Shown: positions 12,001-26,088, numbered from the stretch's first letter. The stretch is 64,000 nucleotides of DNA from the human T2T-CHM13v2.0 reference genome, Homo sapiens (GCF_009914755.1 NC_060935.1); one strand, 5' to 3'. Translations and numbers: made by a program. Notes: generated from the sequence alone by a model not told the origin.

Positions 12001-13221
12001 TATGCTTAGAATTTTCTCTCTTTCCTGACTTTAGGGTGGAATATAATTCAGCAGGATGCAGAATAAATGTGTTGCAAGAGTTTGGAAAAGTTAAGATAGC
12101 TGTGTGTTGGAGAAAAAGAACAGAATGTTTTACAAAAAAAGCAACCGGGGAGGCATTTTGGAAAGGGAGAAGATGAAGATACATAATAATGCTAATCATA
12201 ACATGAAGAAAGTATATTTTTCCCAAGAAAGATTATAATGCTTGTTGTTTTGATGAAACAAACCAAAGAAGTACAACCAAGGATTCAGATCCACTTTTCC
12301 TCCCAAAAGTAATTGGAAAGGTTCTTGTCTATAAGATTCTATTCTATTACAGGAGAAAGAAATTTTTCAGTATATTCAACTTAATATTATGCAGAGTGAA
12401 ATACACAGATTGACGAAAAGAGTATCCTCAAAATTTGTAGGATTTTGTGTGCATTCAATAATTGGAGGTTTTCCAGCTATTCGTAGATTGTGGTATTTCC
12501 AATTCTTTTTGTTTCATAATCTCAACTAGTAATTATGAGAAAATAATTTTTAACTGTCCTCTCTGACCTAATTAGTATTACATTGTGCTGTGGACTACTA
12601 GGTGATAAGTTTGAAGTCTCTGACAGGAAAAAACTGTTGGTTGTTTGTTTCAGGTAACATTCATGATGACTTTGTCTTGCATGAATTATTACTTAGAGTA
12701 TTACTGACCCATATTAATGGGATCAAGACAAATACATCTTCTGTAAGGGAGAAGTTTTGCATCACTGAACAATAAAGCAGGACAGCATAGTTTATGGAAA
12801 AGAAGATTTAGAACTACATAGCGCATTATTTCACTTTCTGCGACATAATTTGTAGTGAAATGCAATGAATGAACTCTTGAACTTGTAGGGGATATATGCA
12901 ACATTAAGGCCAAAGAAGTAATGATATTTTCCTCCATAGATGCAATGCCTAATGTCACAATGCCACCGCATCACCACATCAGCTGAAAAAACATTTGGGG
13001 AAAGTCAGGTCTGCATGTCTGACTTGTGAATTACATTAACTAAGCCTAAACCTAATAGCCCAAGTATGCTAGAGGGAAAGGATAAAAGGGAGACTTAAAA
13101 TTGCTTTGAATTAAAATTGGGAAAAAATGAGAACGTTTGTAGAAACTTAAATTATCCCAAAAACATGTCTACCAAAAAGTAGCACTTCTAGGCATAGTTT
13201 GATATCTATTTCATCATGACT

Positions 13222-13500
13222 GTCATTTGTTTGTTCAGCAAATGCTTACTAGCACCTACTGTGAGTCAGCTATTGTGTTAGGCACTTGGGATATGGCAGT
13301 AAAAGGTATGGGAAAGAGTCATTCTCTTGAGCTCACATCCTAGTAGAAGTTTTGAACAATAGACAGTAAACATAATAAATGAGCAAATGCTATAGTATGT
13401 TAGAAAGTGGTAATAGGGAAAAGAAAGTATAGAACAGAATAATAGTGACTTGGAGTATGTGTGGGATGAGCTAGTGTGTGGGCAGTTGTCACAAGTTTGA
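13222..13500 (-). mobile_element. L2 LINE 3' fragment
   Basis: ttcagcaaatgcttactagcacctactgtg...taggcacttgggatatggcagtaaa...gagctcacatcctagt. Confidence 0.8.
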
Positions 13501-14554
13501 TTTCCTAGAAGATCCAATCCATATCATGGCATCTCTCCCCCGCCACACACACTTTGTAGAATAAATCTATTTTAAGATATAAGCCAACTGCTTCTCAAAA
13601 AGGTTAAGTAACTTGCCCTAGATCAAGCATCTGGTAAGAGAGAAATCTGTTTACCCTAAAATATTTTTATCATACCCTGCTGCCTCCCAGCTCAGTGGCT
13701 CCCTGCTCCCCTGTTTCTGCTGCTTTCTGCCAGGGATATCTTTGGCTCAAAGGGTTATCTCAGGATGGTATGCTGCAGATGTTTTATCGGACACTTGCTT
13801 TTTCTAGGCCACTCAGGGTTCTAGTGCCAGACGTAGTTCACTGCTATTGTTATATCCTTGGAAATAGCAGCTTATAATAACTGGAAATTAGACATGCATG
13901 AGAGGGTAAGAAGGCTAGGATCGAAATGTTAAGATGTAGAAAGTAGGTTAGAGGCCAGAGCTGTATAATAGGTGAAGGGAGATAATTACTTAACAAGAAA
14001 ATTGTGTCCAGGGTTGATGCTGAGGACAGTAAATAAGGCATGACTCATAAAGGAAGCAAAATCACATGAAGAGTTAGTGCTGCTGGTTCTTAAAACTCAC
14101 ATGCAGTATCTCATTCAGTCCTTGGGGCCTGGAAAGTAGGGCTTATAGCCCCACTTCATGGATAGCTAAACTTAAGAATGGAAAAAATTAGGTGGCTTGC
14201 CTAATAGTCGTGAAGGCGGATGAGAATTCAAATGTAAGTTCTCTGGTTGCAAAGCCTCTTTCTTTCTACTACACCAGAGAGTAAGATTAGAAGAGAAAGA
14301 AACAGAGGCAAAAGGAACAAATACATCAATGTCTGCCCTTTGGTGTCCTCCACCAATTCTTTCTTAAGTAAAGATTGAGTTCTACTCGAGTTCTGATTTA
14401 AGAAATATTGATAGAGAGGCAGCAAGATTTATTTCCACCCCATCCACCAGTTTTCTGGGACAGCCTTCCTCTCGGTGGAAACTAACTCACAATTCTCATA
14501 TTGTCTTTACAGCAACTTCTAGAGCTGCAGCTTTTAGCTTGCTGTGGACAAGAA

Positions 14555-14760
14555 TAGCTAGCTTTTATTAAGCACTTACTCTCTGCCAGACAGTGTTCTA
14601 AATTTAATTCAATTAAACTTCATAATGTGCCTATGAATTAGGGTCTGGTATTTTCTACATTTTACATATGAGCAAATTGAGGTATAGAGAAAGGATCTTT
14701 CCTGAGATTTCACAAGTAAAAGGAGGACCTGTGTTTTAACCACAATGCTATGCTCCCTCT
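14555..14760 (-). mobile_element. MIR SINE
   Basis: ttttattaagcacttactctctgccagacagtgttctaa...cattttacatatgagcaaattgagg. Confidence 0.75.
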
Positions 14761-14814
14761 CAACTGAAAGATGAGTAGCTACCATAAACTAATAGTTGCC
14801 AGTGCTTTGCCGGT

Positions 14815-14970
14815 AATTGAATCATTGCAACAACTCTGGAGGCAGGTCCTTTTATTATGATGATTTTATTTTACAGGTGGGGAAACTGAGTCACAGGGAG
14901 GTTAAATTATTTGCCCCTAGTTACACAGCTACCAAGTAGTGGAATTGGGATTCAAATCCCAGCAGAACTG
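14815..14970 (-). mobile_element. MIR SINE
   Basis: attttacaggtggggaaactgagtcacaggggaggttaa...gggattcaaatccca. Confidence 0.8.
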
Positions 14971-17720
14971 AGCCAGTTCTTGATAAAATTGCAATTATAT
15001 GAAAGTCTATTATTGGTCTTTAAATTCTTAAGATGTTAGTGAACTTGGAAGGTGAAGGGAATCTGATCATCTTTTTTCCATCCTGCTTGCTTATTAATTG
15101 AGGGCTACAGAATCAAGATTGTATGGACTAGGTGTAGAACTGCTTTTTTATCTCAGGCAAATAAGTAATTACACTCACTTGTGGAAGAAAGGAGTGAGAT
15201 TATATGGCATCTCTTGTAACTGTCACTAAAGAATACCTCTGTGTTTAGCATCAGGAACCAGCACTGTCCCACAATTGCTCCTTCACAGCAGTGGTTCCCA
15301 AAGTAGGCACCCACAAAATACTAGCATTAAATGCTGAATATGAAAATACTAAATGCTAAAAGAAAATAATGGTAGGCCTAACTTGCAGAAAACAATTATG
15401 CAGATAGAATTTTCTTCATTGAGTATTTCTTTCTCATGAATTCTTGAATCTTTGGAGCCTGGCTTGTCAGCGAGTGACAATATAAATGAAGAACAAACAC
15501 CGAGCATTAGAAATTGCCTGCTCTGCTCCAGCTATATTTTGGGAGTATCCAAGAGTGCAGTTTCCTATTACATTCATAACATGGATCATCATCTTTGGGG
15601 GTTCCTCTAGGAGCACCCTAGCTCCCAGATGGAGGCCGTAAGGTCAAGCAGCCAGCATGGAGCAGGACATTTGATGGAAAATGGGTCACACAATCTACAT
15701 GGCTTTTCTTTCTGGCATCTGGTTTAGTATAGACAAGGCCCACTCAAGGAAAGCTTGTTTCAAAGAAAAACGCTCAAGTAGGCGTTCAGAGAAGCTTTGC
15801 TGTTGCATTGCACCAATTGGAATGGGAGACTTTTTTTTTCATTTTATTCTCAAACGTAGTTCACATCCTGGTCTTCCTCCTTCCTCCGGCCCCACAACTC
15901 TCATTCAGCTGTGTTGTGAAGGTTCCACAACCCCTTTAAGGTTTATGGTCTTATGAAGCACAGCTGGATAGAGGTTCTTTATTCTTAAGCCTTTGGAAGG
16001 CTTCCCTTTGAAAGTTTACGAACGCCCCATCTCTTTTCTCTAGGTAGGAACATTAGGAGCAGATTTAGTGGAAGTGAGGCATGCTCAGTATCTACCAACA
16101 CAATCAGGTACATGGAAGTCATTCCATTTCTGACTGCAGGGATTGTTTCCCATTCTTTTACTTAAAAGCAAGTAAGCAGATGGATTGGAGCAAATAACAA
16201 TAGTCAAGGTCCTCTGCAGACTGGTGGAAGCACTCAGGAATGGCCTCCCATCCCTGTGGGCCATGAAGTCATTACATTCTCCTGATGTTCTGCCTTCGCT
16301 CTGTGGTCTTCCAGACCAGTTGGAAGCTGCAATGTGCTGTGCTTCTCTGCAGGAGCTCCCCTTCAACTCCCACCCCTGAACAAACACACCTGCAAGCTGC
16401 TTTAGTGGCTGTTCCATCTGTGGCTTTAAGGATAGATAAAACAATCAATAGCAGATAAGTGGTATCATGCTGCTTCAAATACAGAGGGAAACATAGGGTC
16501 CCCTTTAGACAGTTAAAACGGCAGCTGCAAAAATGAACAGCAATGACTTGGGGGAGGGACCAATCTGACATCTGTTGACCATTTGGCCAGTAGGTAGTGG
16601 TGAACCAAAGAGGTAACTTAAACAAGTTCAGAATCCAAGAAAAAAAGGTTGAATTGATTTGGATATCAGAATAGGGGAAAACATTCTATCGTTTGGCACC
16701 ATTTTGATCAGAGTTAGACGATAGACATCAGGCTGATTTGTCAGAATCACTGTAGAGATGATGGGTTTTGTGTTTTTGAATAGGCAGCTTTGGGGTGCTT
16801 TGTACACCTTCACATAGCTGGCCATTTCACCTTCAGAGATTGAACTACATTGTTCCCTTAGTCTTCCTCATTGTCATAGAACAGAGAAGTTTTTCATTTG
16901 CTGTGCTTGTGAAACCTTAAGGCTTTTCCATTGCTCTTCCACCCTCAATCCTGCATTTCTCACTCCTCCTCTGGCAAAAGGCTTATTGAGGCCCATGTCT
17001 GGGTGTCATTCCATGTTTCACAAGCACTTAGGGCTTGTAATTCGCTGCTGTGGCCCCACACTCTTGTTAACTGCCCCCTGTCTGGGGTCTATTTTTCAGG
17101 CCAAGGCTCTACCAGTCCATGCTAATGAGCCAGCGGCAGATAGGTCAGCAAGGGCATCTGGGCTATCTGAATTGGAATTAAGGGAGAACAGATTTGTTGT
17201 TGTTGTTGACTGTCAAACAACTCTGTTAGCTGTGGCCTAAGTCTTTTCTAAGTCACATTGACAAGAACGAAAAATGTCGAAAGGAAAATCTTTAATATTA
17301 AATCATATTTATTTCATATGCAAACAGCCATAGGTGTATTTTTATATGAGGGCTTTTATAAATAGGGAAAATAGTATCGGGTTTTGAATGATTAATTATT
17401 TTATATTTCTCTTATTCAAGCTTCTAGACCGCTTACAGAAAATGAGACCTTCAAGTTCTTGCAGTTAAGATTTCCTCATAACCTTGAGCACTGAAAGAAA
17501 CTAAATCTTGATATTTCATGGAGTTTTTATCAAAACTCAATAATTTTGTAAAGAGAATATGATTGAAGAGCGGCAGTATAGCTGATCCATCATAAATTAA
17601 CATTAACTAAGTACTCATGAGGGATTTGTGCTGTGTCTTTAATTCCTTCCAAAACAAATGACGACATTCTCAGCTTTGCATTGTCCTCTGATATAGCACT
17701 GACCTTGCTGTAATAGAATG

Positions 17721-17749
17721 CGTGTGTGTGTGTGTGTATATGTATGTGC
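17721..17749. repeat. Short (TG)n/(TA) microsatellite
   Basis: cgtgtgtgtgtgtgtgtatatgtatgtg. Confidence 0.85.
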
Positions 17750-18029
17750 TTATCTAACTCATAGACTGAGCATCTAAGATGAGTTTACCCAGCTTTCAGC
17801 ACAGTGGTCGATAATCAGTGGTTAATCAGTGCTGAGCAAATGAATAGCTACACAGTCCAGCAATTGCTTGGATGTGGTTCTTTTAACGCAGGCAGCCCAT
17901 ATTCAGGCCAACTCTGTGAAAAGGCACTGGCTCCTCCCAGGGGTCCTGAAACATACTAGGGAAGCCATGGGGGGACCACACCGAGCTAAGACTCGCCAAA
18001 TCCCTTCTCCAGAAACTGGAAACCATTCA

Positions 18030-18165
18030 ATTAATAGCAATAGCTGACGTTTTCTGAGTTCTCATTTCATTTTATCCTTACAACAATCTTACAAGGCAGA
18101 TTTTATTAATCCCATTTTACAGATGAAGAAACTGGGTCTTAAGGAGGCTAAATTTAAGTTGGGAG
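18030..18165 (-). mobile_element. MIR SINE
   Basis: atccttacaacaatc...cccattttacagatgaagaaactg. Confidence 0.8.
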
Positions 18166-18189
18166 CCAGTTGGATTAGCCTTGTGCTTT

Positions 18190-18420
18190 AGCCCCAGACA
18201 TTCTGGGTTCACAGCCTGTGCCTCACCTCCTACCGACTGTGTGACCTTGAGCAAATTCCTGTCATCTGCCAGTGCCTCAGTTTCTGTTTCTGTAGAATGA
18301 ATAATAATAGCTGTTTTTAAAAATCTGCTGCAAGGATTAAATAAAATGACGTAAATGGAATATCTAGTATAATGTCTGAGACAGGGTAAACATTTAGTGT
18401 TTTTATTATAATTAATTATT
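18190..18420 (+). mobile_element. MIR SINE
   Basis: ctgtgtgaccttgagcaaatt...gtgcctcagtttc...aggattaaataa. Confidence 0.8.
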
Positions 18421-20479
18421 GCTATTAGGCCCACAGGAATTCAGACACAGACCTGTCAGGCTCTGAAGGAGGTCTGTAAGCAAGACTTGGCAAGGTCAGG
18501 TCTGACTTCAGGAAGTGCACTGGGGTCACAGAGCAAAGGATGGCCTGGCTTGGGATAGCTATTGACTGTGAGAGAAGTGGGCACTTACCTAACAACTCCA
18601 GGCTGAGCTGGGTCTCCAGCAGTGGGATACCAAGTGGGGGTGGTGGAGTTGAACTTGAGATACCTTTCTGAAATAGAATTGACAAAATGTGTTATCAGTT
18701 AAAAATAGGGAATGAGAGACAGAGAAAAATTAATGACAAGGGAGCCTGAGGAAGGGAGGAGCTACCTTTAAGAAGCAGAATAAAGGAGAGAGAATTGTCA
18801 GGGTGAACGTGAGAGATGTTAATGTGTTGTTAATGTGTTTTGTATGGTAAAGGTATACACAGGGTTGTGTGTTACGTTCAGGTTAATGCGGACAGTGGGT
18901 TTGAAATGCCAACTGCAGCCCAGCTCCGAGGTCAGGGAATGCTTCTCGATGGAAATTGAACCCTGAGTATGTTTTCTAAGCACTCTGTTCATCACTTTCC
19001 TTCTCTGTAAAAATGTGGCTATTGGACAAGATCAGGTCCCTTCTAACTCTATGCTTTTTCTGGATTTTTTAACCTTTTGTTAATTATTTCAATGCAGTGG
19101 ATCCCTTTTTAACTGGCATCACTGATGACAAACCCCTGAGCCTGGGGTTCAGAGCCCTCATCCCACGACTACATCTTACTTTTCATTCTCCTATCTTGTT
19201 GCCTCAGCCATCCTAATGTAGCTAACAGAGTGACTCACCATCCCCCAGATACACCCTCATGCTTTTTTTCCAGGTTCTGCTCACAATGCTGCCTCTACCT
19301 GGAGTGTCTTCCAGCTGTCTCTCCCCTGACAAGTTTGTTACACAGCAGGCACTACTCCCTGCAAGCTCCCTTCCATGCCAGACCCTGATTACCATTTGTT
19401 GAACCCCCCCTGCCCTGTGCCAATCCCATGCTTTACAAGTATCCTATCTAATGCCCTAATGGAAAGTCTTGCAAGACGGCAGACTTCTTATCTCCATTTT
19501 ATGTGGGACCAAACTGAGTCTGACATGTTAAAAAGCTTGCTGAAGCCTCAGAGTTGAGATTCCATCTTGGCTCACTCTGATTCCAAATTCCAAGCCCTTT
19601 CTACTTCTTCAAGCTGCAGGCCTTGGGCCACTTGGTAAATCTTTCTTATGGCTTTTATCTAATGTTGACTTCTGCTTTAGTGGATTCAGCATAGTTTTAT
19701 TGAGCATCTTCTGTATGCCAGACACCTGCACAAATGTTAACTCATTTAAGGGTAGGTTTTATGTCTTACTTCTTATATTTTTCCAAGACTTAACAGAAAG
19801 ATGGTACCAAGGTAGAAATTGAGTAAGTTTGTTGAGTTCAACTGAAATGAGTAGAGTCGCTCATCTAACATAGAGAGCTATCATCAAATTAGGAGTCAAC
19901 AAACATACCCTCCCGTTAGCTGAATGATCTGGTTACCTGTAGGATGACTGCCAGCTTCATTGGGAACTCTGTTAAATAGATCAGTTGAAATTTATAAGAG
20001 GTGACTTGGGCTTTTTTTTTTTTTTTTAACTCTTTGTTCTTAAGGTTAGTAGCTGTTTTTTAGAACATACTTTAGATAATTGTTAGTGAAAGCAATTAAA
20101 TGGTTCCTTAAAGGACAAGATGAATTTATGTCAAAATAAATTGACTTATCATTAATGGACATGTATTTTGACATAAATTCCTAAAATCATGGTGGGATTA
20201 CTACTATCATCATCAAGATGTATTTAAGTTGAATTTGTACAAGCTTTTGTGTTAAGTGTATGAGAAAGAAAACTATAGAGAGACTTTATTTATCTCCTGT
20301 TGCAGGGGCAATGGAGCTTTCTTCATACCTAACTATTTGAGATAGCTGAAGCTTATGCTACCAAGCGCCAAGGCCTTTTATTTTAAACATAATTTATAAA
20401 CATATTTCTTAGGCAAAATGTATGAGAGAAAAATTTTCTAATATTCATGCATTGTCATAAAATTCATGACGTGGAATGT

Positions 20480-21200
20480 GTTCAACAAACTGAGCCCACT
20501 TAGGATACTAAGTGATCTAAGTGCCAGGTGGTGATCTAAATTCCAAGGATAAGGCAATAAATGACACAGGTACTTGGTCTCATGGAACTTCATTCTAACA
20601 GGAGGAGCATGGAATCAACAAATAAGCAAACACAGTTGTCCCTCGGTATAGAGGAGATTGATTCTAGGATTACGCCCCTTATCAGGATACCAGAATACAT
20701 GGATGCTCAAGTCCCTGATGTAAAATGGCAATAGTATTTGCATATAACCTACATACATCCTCCTGTATGATTGAATCATCTCTAGATTACTTATAATACC
20801 TAAGGCAAGGTAGGTGCTTTGTAAGTAGTTGTTATACTATATTGCTTTTTATTTGTATTATTATTTTTTTTTCAAATATATTTGATCCACGGTTGGTTGA
20901 ATCTGTGAATGTAGAACCCATGGATATGGCAGGCAGGCTTTAAGTGAGAAAGGTAACCTCAGATATAGTGATCACAGCTAGGAAGAAACTACAACAGGAT
21001 ATTAGGACAGGGAATTATTTGCTTTGTACCAGGGGCAGGGGAAGAGGCCCCTTTAAGTAGAGTGGTCAGATAAGGACTCCTTGAGGAGGGACATTAAATC
21101 TGAAACTAGAAGAATGACCATCATGTGAAGAACTGGAGTAGAGCAAAGGTCCTGAGATGAGGGGAGCACAGTGCGTTCCAGTTTGAGCTAGTTTGTTGGG
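20480..21200 (-). mobile_element. L2 LINE fragment interrupted by MER2
   Basis: ttcaacaaactgagc...gtgccagg...ctcatggaacttcattcta, resuming after 20940 with agtggtcaga...gaggagggacatt. Confidence 0.6.
20633..20940 (+). mobile_element. MER2 (TcMar-Tigger) DNA transposon
   Basis: cagttgtccctcggtat...ggatgctcaagtccctgat...gtatttgcatataacctac...ggttggttgaatctgtg...gaacccatggata. Confidence 0.92.
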
Positions 21201-21419
21201 CCTGAAATGCTCATGAAACTTTCAAGAATATAGGTTGGGCAGGTCTATGACCATGGGAATCAGAAGCATGGGAGAATGATGGCATAGGAGTTAGGACTGG
21301 ACAGTCCTCAGGTTCCTGGAGATAATTAAAACCATTGAACAGGATCATTGTTTACAAGAACTATTATGGAAGTTGCTTCCCTTCTCTGACGTATCTCTCA
21401 GTGACAGTAGTAAGTCCTG

Positions 21420-21640
21420 TGGGGAATTATTGTAAACATATTACAAATATTAACTCATTTAAACCTCAAAACAACCCTAGAAGGTAGGCGCTATTACTTT
21501 CCTTCCATTTTTCAGGTAAGGAAGCTGAGGCACAGAGATGTTCATTTTCCCAAGATCACGTTTATTTAGTGGTGGAGATTAGAGGCAAACCTAAGTAGTT
21601 TGGTTGAGGAGTCCATGATTTTAATTGTTATGTCCTGCAG
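21420..21640 (-). mobile_element. MIR SINE
   Basis: ctcatttaaacctcaaaacaaccct...gaagctgaggcacagaga...cccaagatcac. Confidence 0.8.
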
Positions 21641-21979
21641 CCTCATGCATTATCCATCAAGATGGGATAGATAAGACCTTAGAGAAATCAGAGATAAAGA
21701 ATAAAGAAAGCATCATGAGGAGATGGGAGGGGAGTTTAGTACAGTGATATATTCATTGTCTGCTGGGAAGTAGATAGGGTACCCATGTTTGAATTTGGTT
21801 CTCGTGAGTTTATCACTCCACGGTTGCATAACTGTTGTTCTCTCACATTCGCCATATGCTTTCCTGGACCAGTAGCTAGAATAAACTCATTGTTTATAAT
21901 AACCTCTTCAACTAGCTAACAGAGGAATGTGCGTTAACAACAAACAAACCAGAAGCATGAAAGGAGCTGACAAAAATGA

Positions 21980-22482
<503 letters not shown>

Positions 22483-22570
22483 TAAATTTTGCCTATTGTA
22501 CTTGGTAGAAGACACCAGTACTGCCCTCTCCTGTTATTTTCATCTCTTAACTCATCCTGGGGTTTGTTGT

Positions 22571-23307
22571 TGAGACAGAAGAGTTACTTGGTCCCCTTCA
22601 CAGAACTTAGGACAGGGGTGTGGCTTGCTTACAAGGGGTGTGGTTCAAACCCCTTGTGGAAGGGGAGCACACAAGCAAGTGGGTGCCAGGGCTGGGGTGA
22701 GCACTTTTGGGCTCTGGCCCCACAGTAGCATCTAGGGTTTTGTTATTACAATTAATGCTCTTTTAGCAGTTGCTGTCTGTGGATGGCTAAGTGTTAACCA
22801 GCTCAGTAGAGGGTCAGGATGACAGCCTTTTACACCTTGCCCTGTTGGTCCCTGGGTCCTTGTCTGGCATCCAGGAAGAAGCAGGTCACGTGCACTTGAA
22901 GGATGGTGAATGCAGAGATTTTACTGAGTGATGGAGGTGGCTCTCAGTGGGATGGAGAGCTGGAAAGGGGATGGAGTGGGAAGATAATCTTCCCCTGGAG
23001 TTTGGGATAGCTGAACTCCTTTCCGTTCAGCTGCCTCTTTGACATTCAATTGTTTCTGTCTTCTCTCCTTCTCTGCCACACCACTCTGCTCCTCTGCCAG
23101 TGGAGTTTGGGGTTTTTATGGGTAGAAGATGTGGGGGGGTGGGTGGCACGTGGCAGGCCAGGGTGGTTTTGGAAAAAGCAACATTCAGGCAGGAAAACAG
23201 GGATGTGAAGTTCTCATTTATGGCCGCGGGCCCAGGCTTGTGAGTGGGGCTTTTGCGAAGGAACTGCCCTCTTCTGCCCAATATTTCTCTGCCTCCTGTC
23301 AGTATCA
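22571..23307 (-). mobile_element. ERV1 solo LTR (MER52/LTR27/LTR28 group)
   Basis: - strand starts TGATACTGACAGGAGGCAGAGAAATATTGGGCAGAAGAGGGCAGTTCC; GC-rich ~740 bp; TG...CA termini. Confidence 0.85.
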
Positions 23308-24099
23308 CTGTGGCCACTCTGTGATGGCTTCTGTAGAATGTCTCTAGATGACCCTTTCTGGTCCTTTACACAACTCTGAGTTTGCAAAGGAGAAAGTGTC
23401 AAAAGAAGGACTTCCTCCTGTTCTGCTCAGTTCTCCTTGTCCCCAGAAGGAGCCTGGTTGTATTCAAATTAGGAGATTCCAGTTTATGTTATGCCTGGAG
23501 GAGTAGCACTGCCCTTTCTTGGGAGAGTTAAGGAAGTTTCCCTGGTTTGCCTTTGACCTGGAAATCCCTCATTGTGATTGCTGTCACTCTGCCTTGGTGT
23601 ACTCACTTACTTTCAGTGTATTCTTTGGTGACCACCTAGAGTTCCTATGGCCTCCACTATTGTGGCAGTGCCAGGAAATTTTAATAATTATTAAAACCTT
23701 TAAAGTGAAATGTGAAAGAGGCTGCAAATTCTTCTGTCACAGCTTCAATTCCCCTGTTAGTTGTTAGCACCGCTGAGCGTGTGACCTTGTTTTTAATAGC
23801 ATGGTTATTTTCCTTTGTTACTTTCGTACTCTATTTCTTTCCATATTTAACTTTGCTCTTCTATGATCTGTTCTAAATTATGGTTGCATTGTGTATTGTG
23901 TATTGCTCCTTAATTATAAATCCTGGTGTCACACTTTCTCCTGTTTTTCCCCCATTTGCTTTCTGATTATCTAATTTCTCCTCTTTGGATTTATGCTCAT
24001 TGAATGAACCATTTATTTTCTACTATCTCTTTATGTATCAAAGAAGTAAGATTCTTCAGAAAATGTGATCAAAACTTTAGGAATAATTTTATTAAGTAA

Positions 24100-24235
24100 G
24101 AATAGTTAACACCTGCAGTGTTTACATGGTGCTAGACTCTTTAATAACTCATTTAATCCAAACAGTCAGGCTTTGCAATCATCTTCTCCATTGGGAAACT
24201 GAGGCCCAGAAAGTTATATAACTTAACAAATTTGG
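24100..24235 (-). mobile_element. MIR fragment
   Basis: aactcatttaatcc...gggaaactgaggcccagaaagtta. Confidence 0.6.
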
Positions 24236-26088
24236 CCTTGCTATTTCCCAAGATGTGCTTCCCCAATGATGTGTATTATTTTATGACATAAATAAGTTGA
24301 TTTTCAAACATGGTATTTCTTCTTTGTTTGCATACATTAGGCTATTTACATGATGTTCTGTTAGTTTTTTCTACAAATTGATTAAGAATACTGTTATGTT
24401 TGTTTTTATTTTCCCCTAAGTATGGGTTAATACCTGATTAACAAAATGAAAGAAAATGTGATTGTTTACTAATTCTGCAAACTCATTATTTGTTCAGAAG
24501 ATTGTAATAAACTCTACCCTTGTATAATGTCGAGAATAATCATTACATTTTTTAGTCATCTGAAAAAGTTCTTTAGGATTATTATTTCATCCATATTTAA
24601 GTTTTCAGGAGGATTTTTTAATGAAATATAAGTTGTAAATGTGTTAAGGATTGTCTTACAGAAAAAAATGGAGGTTATAATCCACAGGAGGACACACCTG
24701 TGCACAAATGCTTTCACACACTATGCACATGTACTAGAAGCATGGTTGAACTATTACAGCTACAAAGGCAGTTGACCATTTCACTCCATAGGAAACTTGA
24801 AATCAAATTTGCTGCAGACAGTGAGGTGAGGGTTGAGTGTCTTTAATCAGTATTTTTTTCTGGCCTAAGCACTAGTCTTGCAATTCCTTTAGCTGGCATG
24901 GAGGCTATGGAGGTGACATTTATCCCAGCCATTGTCAGATTGGAAGCCACTACTGGGATTACTGGCTCTTGGGCATATTGATATGCCAGGTGGACTTCTC
25001 ATAGATATCTGTACCTGTTTGCAACTTGGTATTTAATATTTACTTACTTACTTTCTTTGAATGATTAAAAAGATTAAAAAGGAACTGAAGAGTTTAAACG
25101 TGAGCAACGTAGACCATTATTCTACTATTGCACTAAAAGGAGCCATGGAAAGCTGACCATAGATTAGCAGTTCCGTGGGAATGTGAAAGGGACACCTAGG
25201 ATTTTTTGGAGAAACATCTTTAAGACAAGGTGAGCTTGTAAATCTTTTAATTCTCATTCCAGACTTTGGAAACAGTTAGAATCTGAGTTACTTCCTTTGT
25301 TCCCTCATAAGAACAAAAACATACTTGCTTGATTATTAGACACAAAATAAACTGGGTGACATTTAGATTATGAAATTTGGTTACAGACATGTTTCTGCGT
25401 GTTATTTTGTGATTAGGTAGAAGGTGCAGAGCATTGCATTCTCTGGTTAAGTACAGGATAGTGTTAAGGAAACATGAGTAGATAGGGACTGGTTGATAAA
25501 CACATGCAATTAATGAAACTTTGACATCATAGCACTTTGGCTGTTGTCAGTGAGCTTGCTGGCCTCTGGTTTCTGTTCATTATTTATTCTATTTCCCTAG
25601 TTGAATCATTCCTCCACCCTCACACAGGCAACATTATTAAAGCATGGATTAAAATGGAGTCCAAATTGATAAGAAGTAGTTATCCAGTGTTTCTGGATGA
25701 GTTTGTGACTTGAAAAAAGTTTCAAGCTAAATGGAGTGATTTGAAATGTAAATGGATTCCTTTTGCTTTTTGTAGATAATTGTACTAAATGCTAATTTGT
25801 GGGCAGCTAATGTGTCCTTGTGTTCACTGATAAGCTGTGTGGCTTGAAACAAATTTATAAAAGGGGACAAGTTGTTTGTCAGCAAAAACTCTCAACCCAG
25901 TCAACTCTGTATGTGTGATACTTTTTGTGCTTCTGTGAACAGGTATCCCATCTACGTTACCTGCCTCCACACGTGCAGAACTCCCCACTCACCTCCCCAG
26001 TGATAATGGGTGGGTTATCACTGGCTCTCTTTCTTTGAGATCCATTTTAAAGATTTGGGATGAAATGTCCACTTAGGATAGGCTAGAC

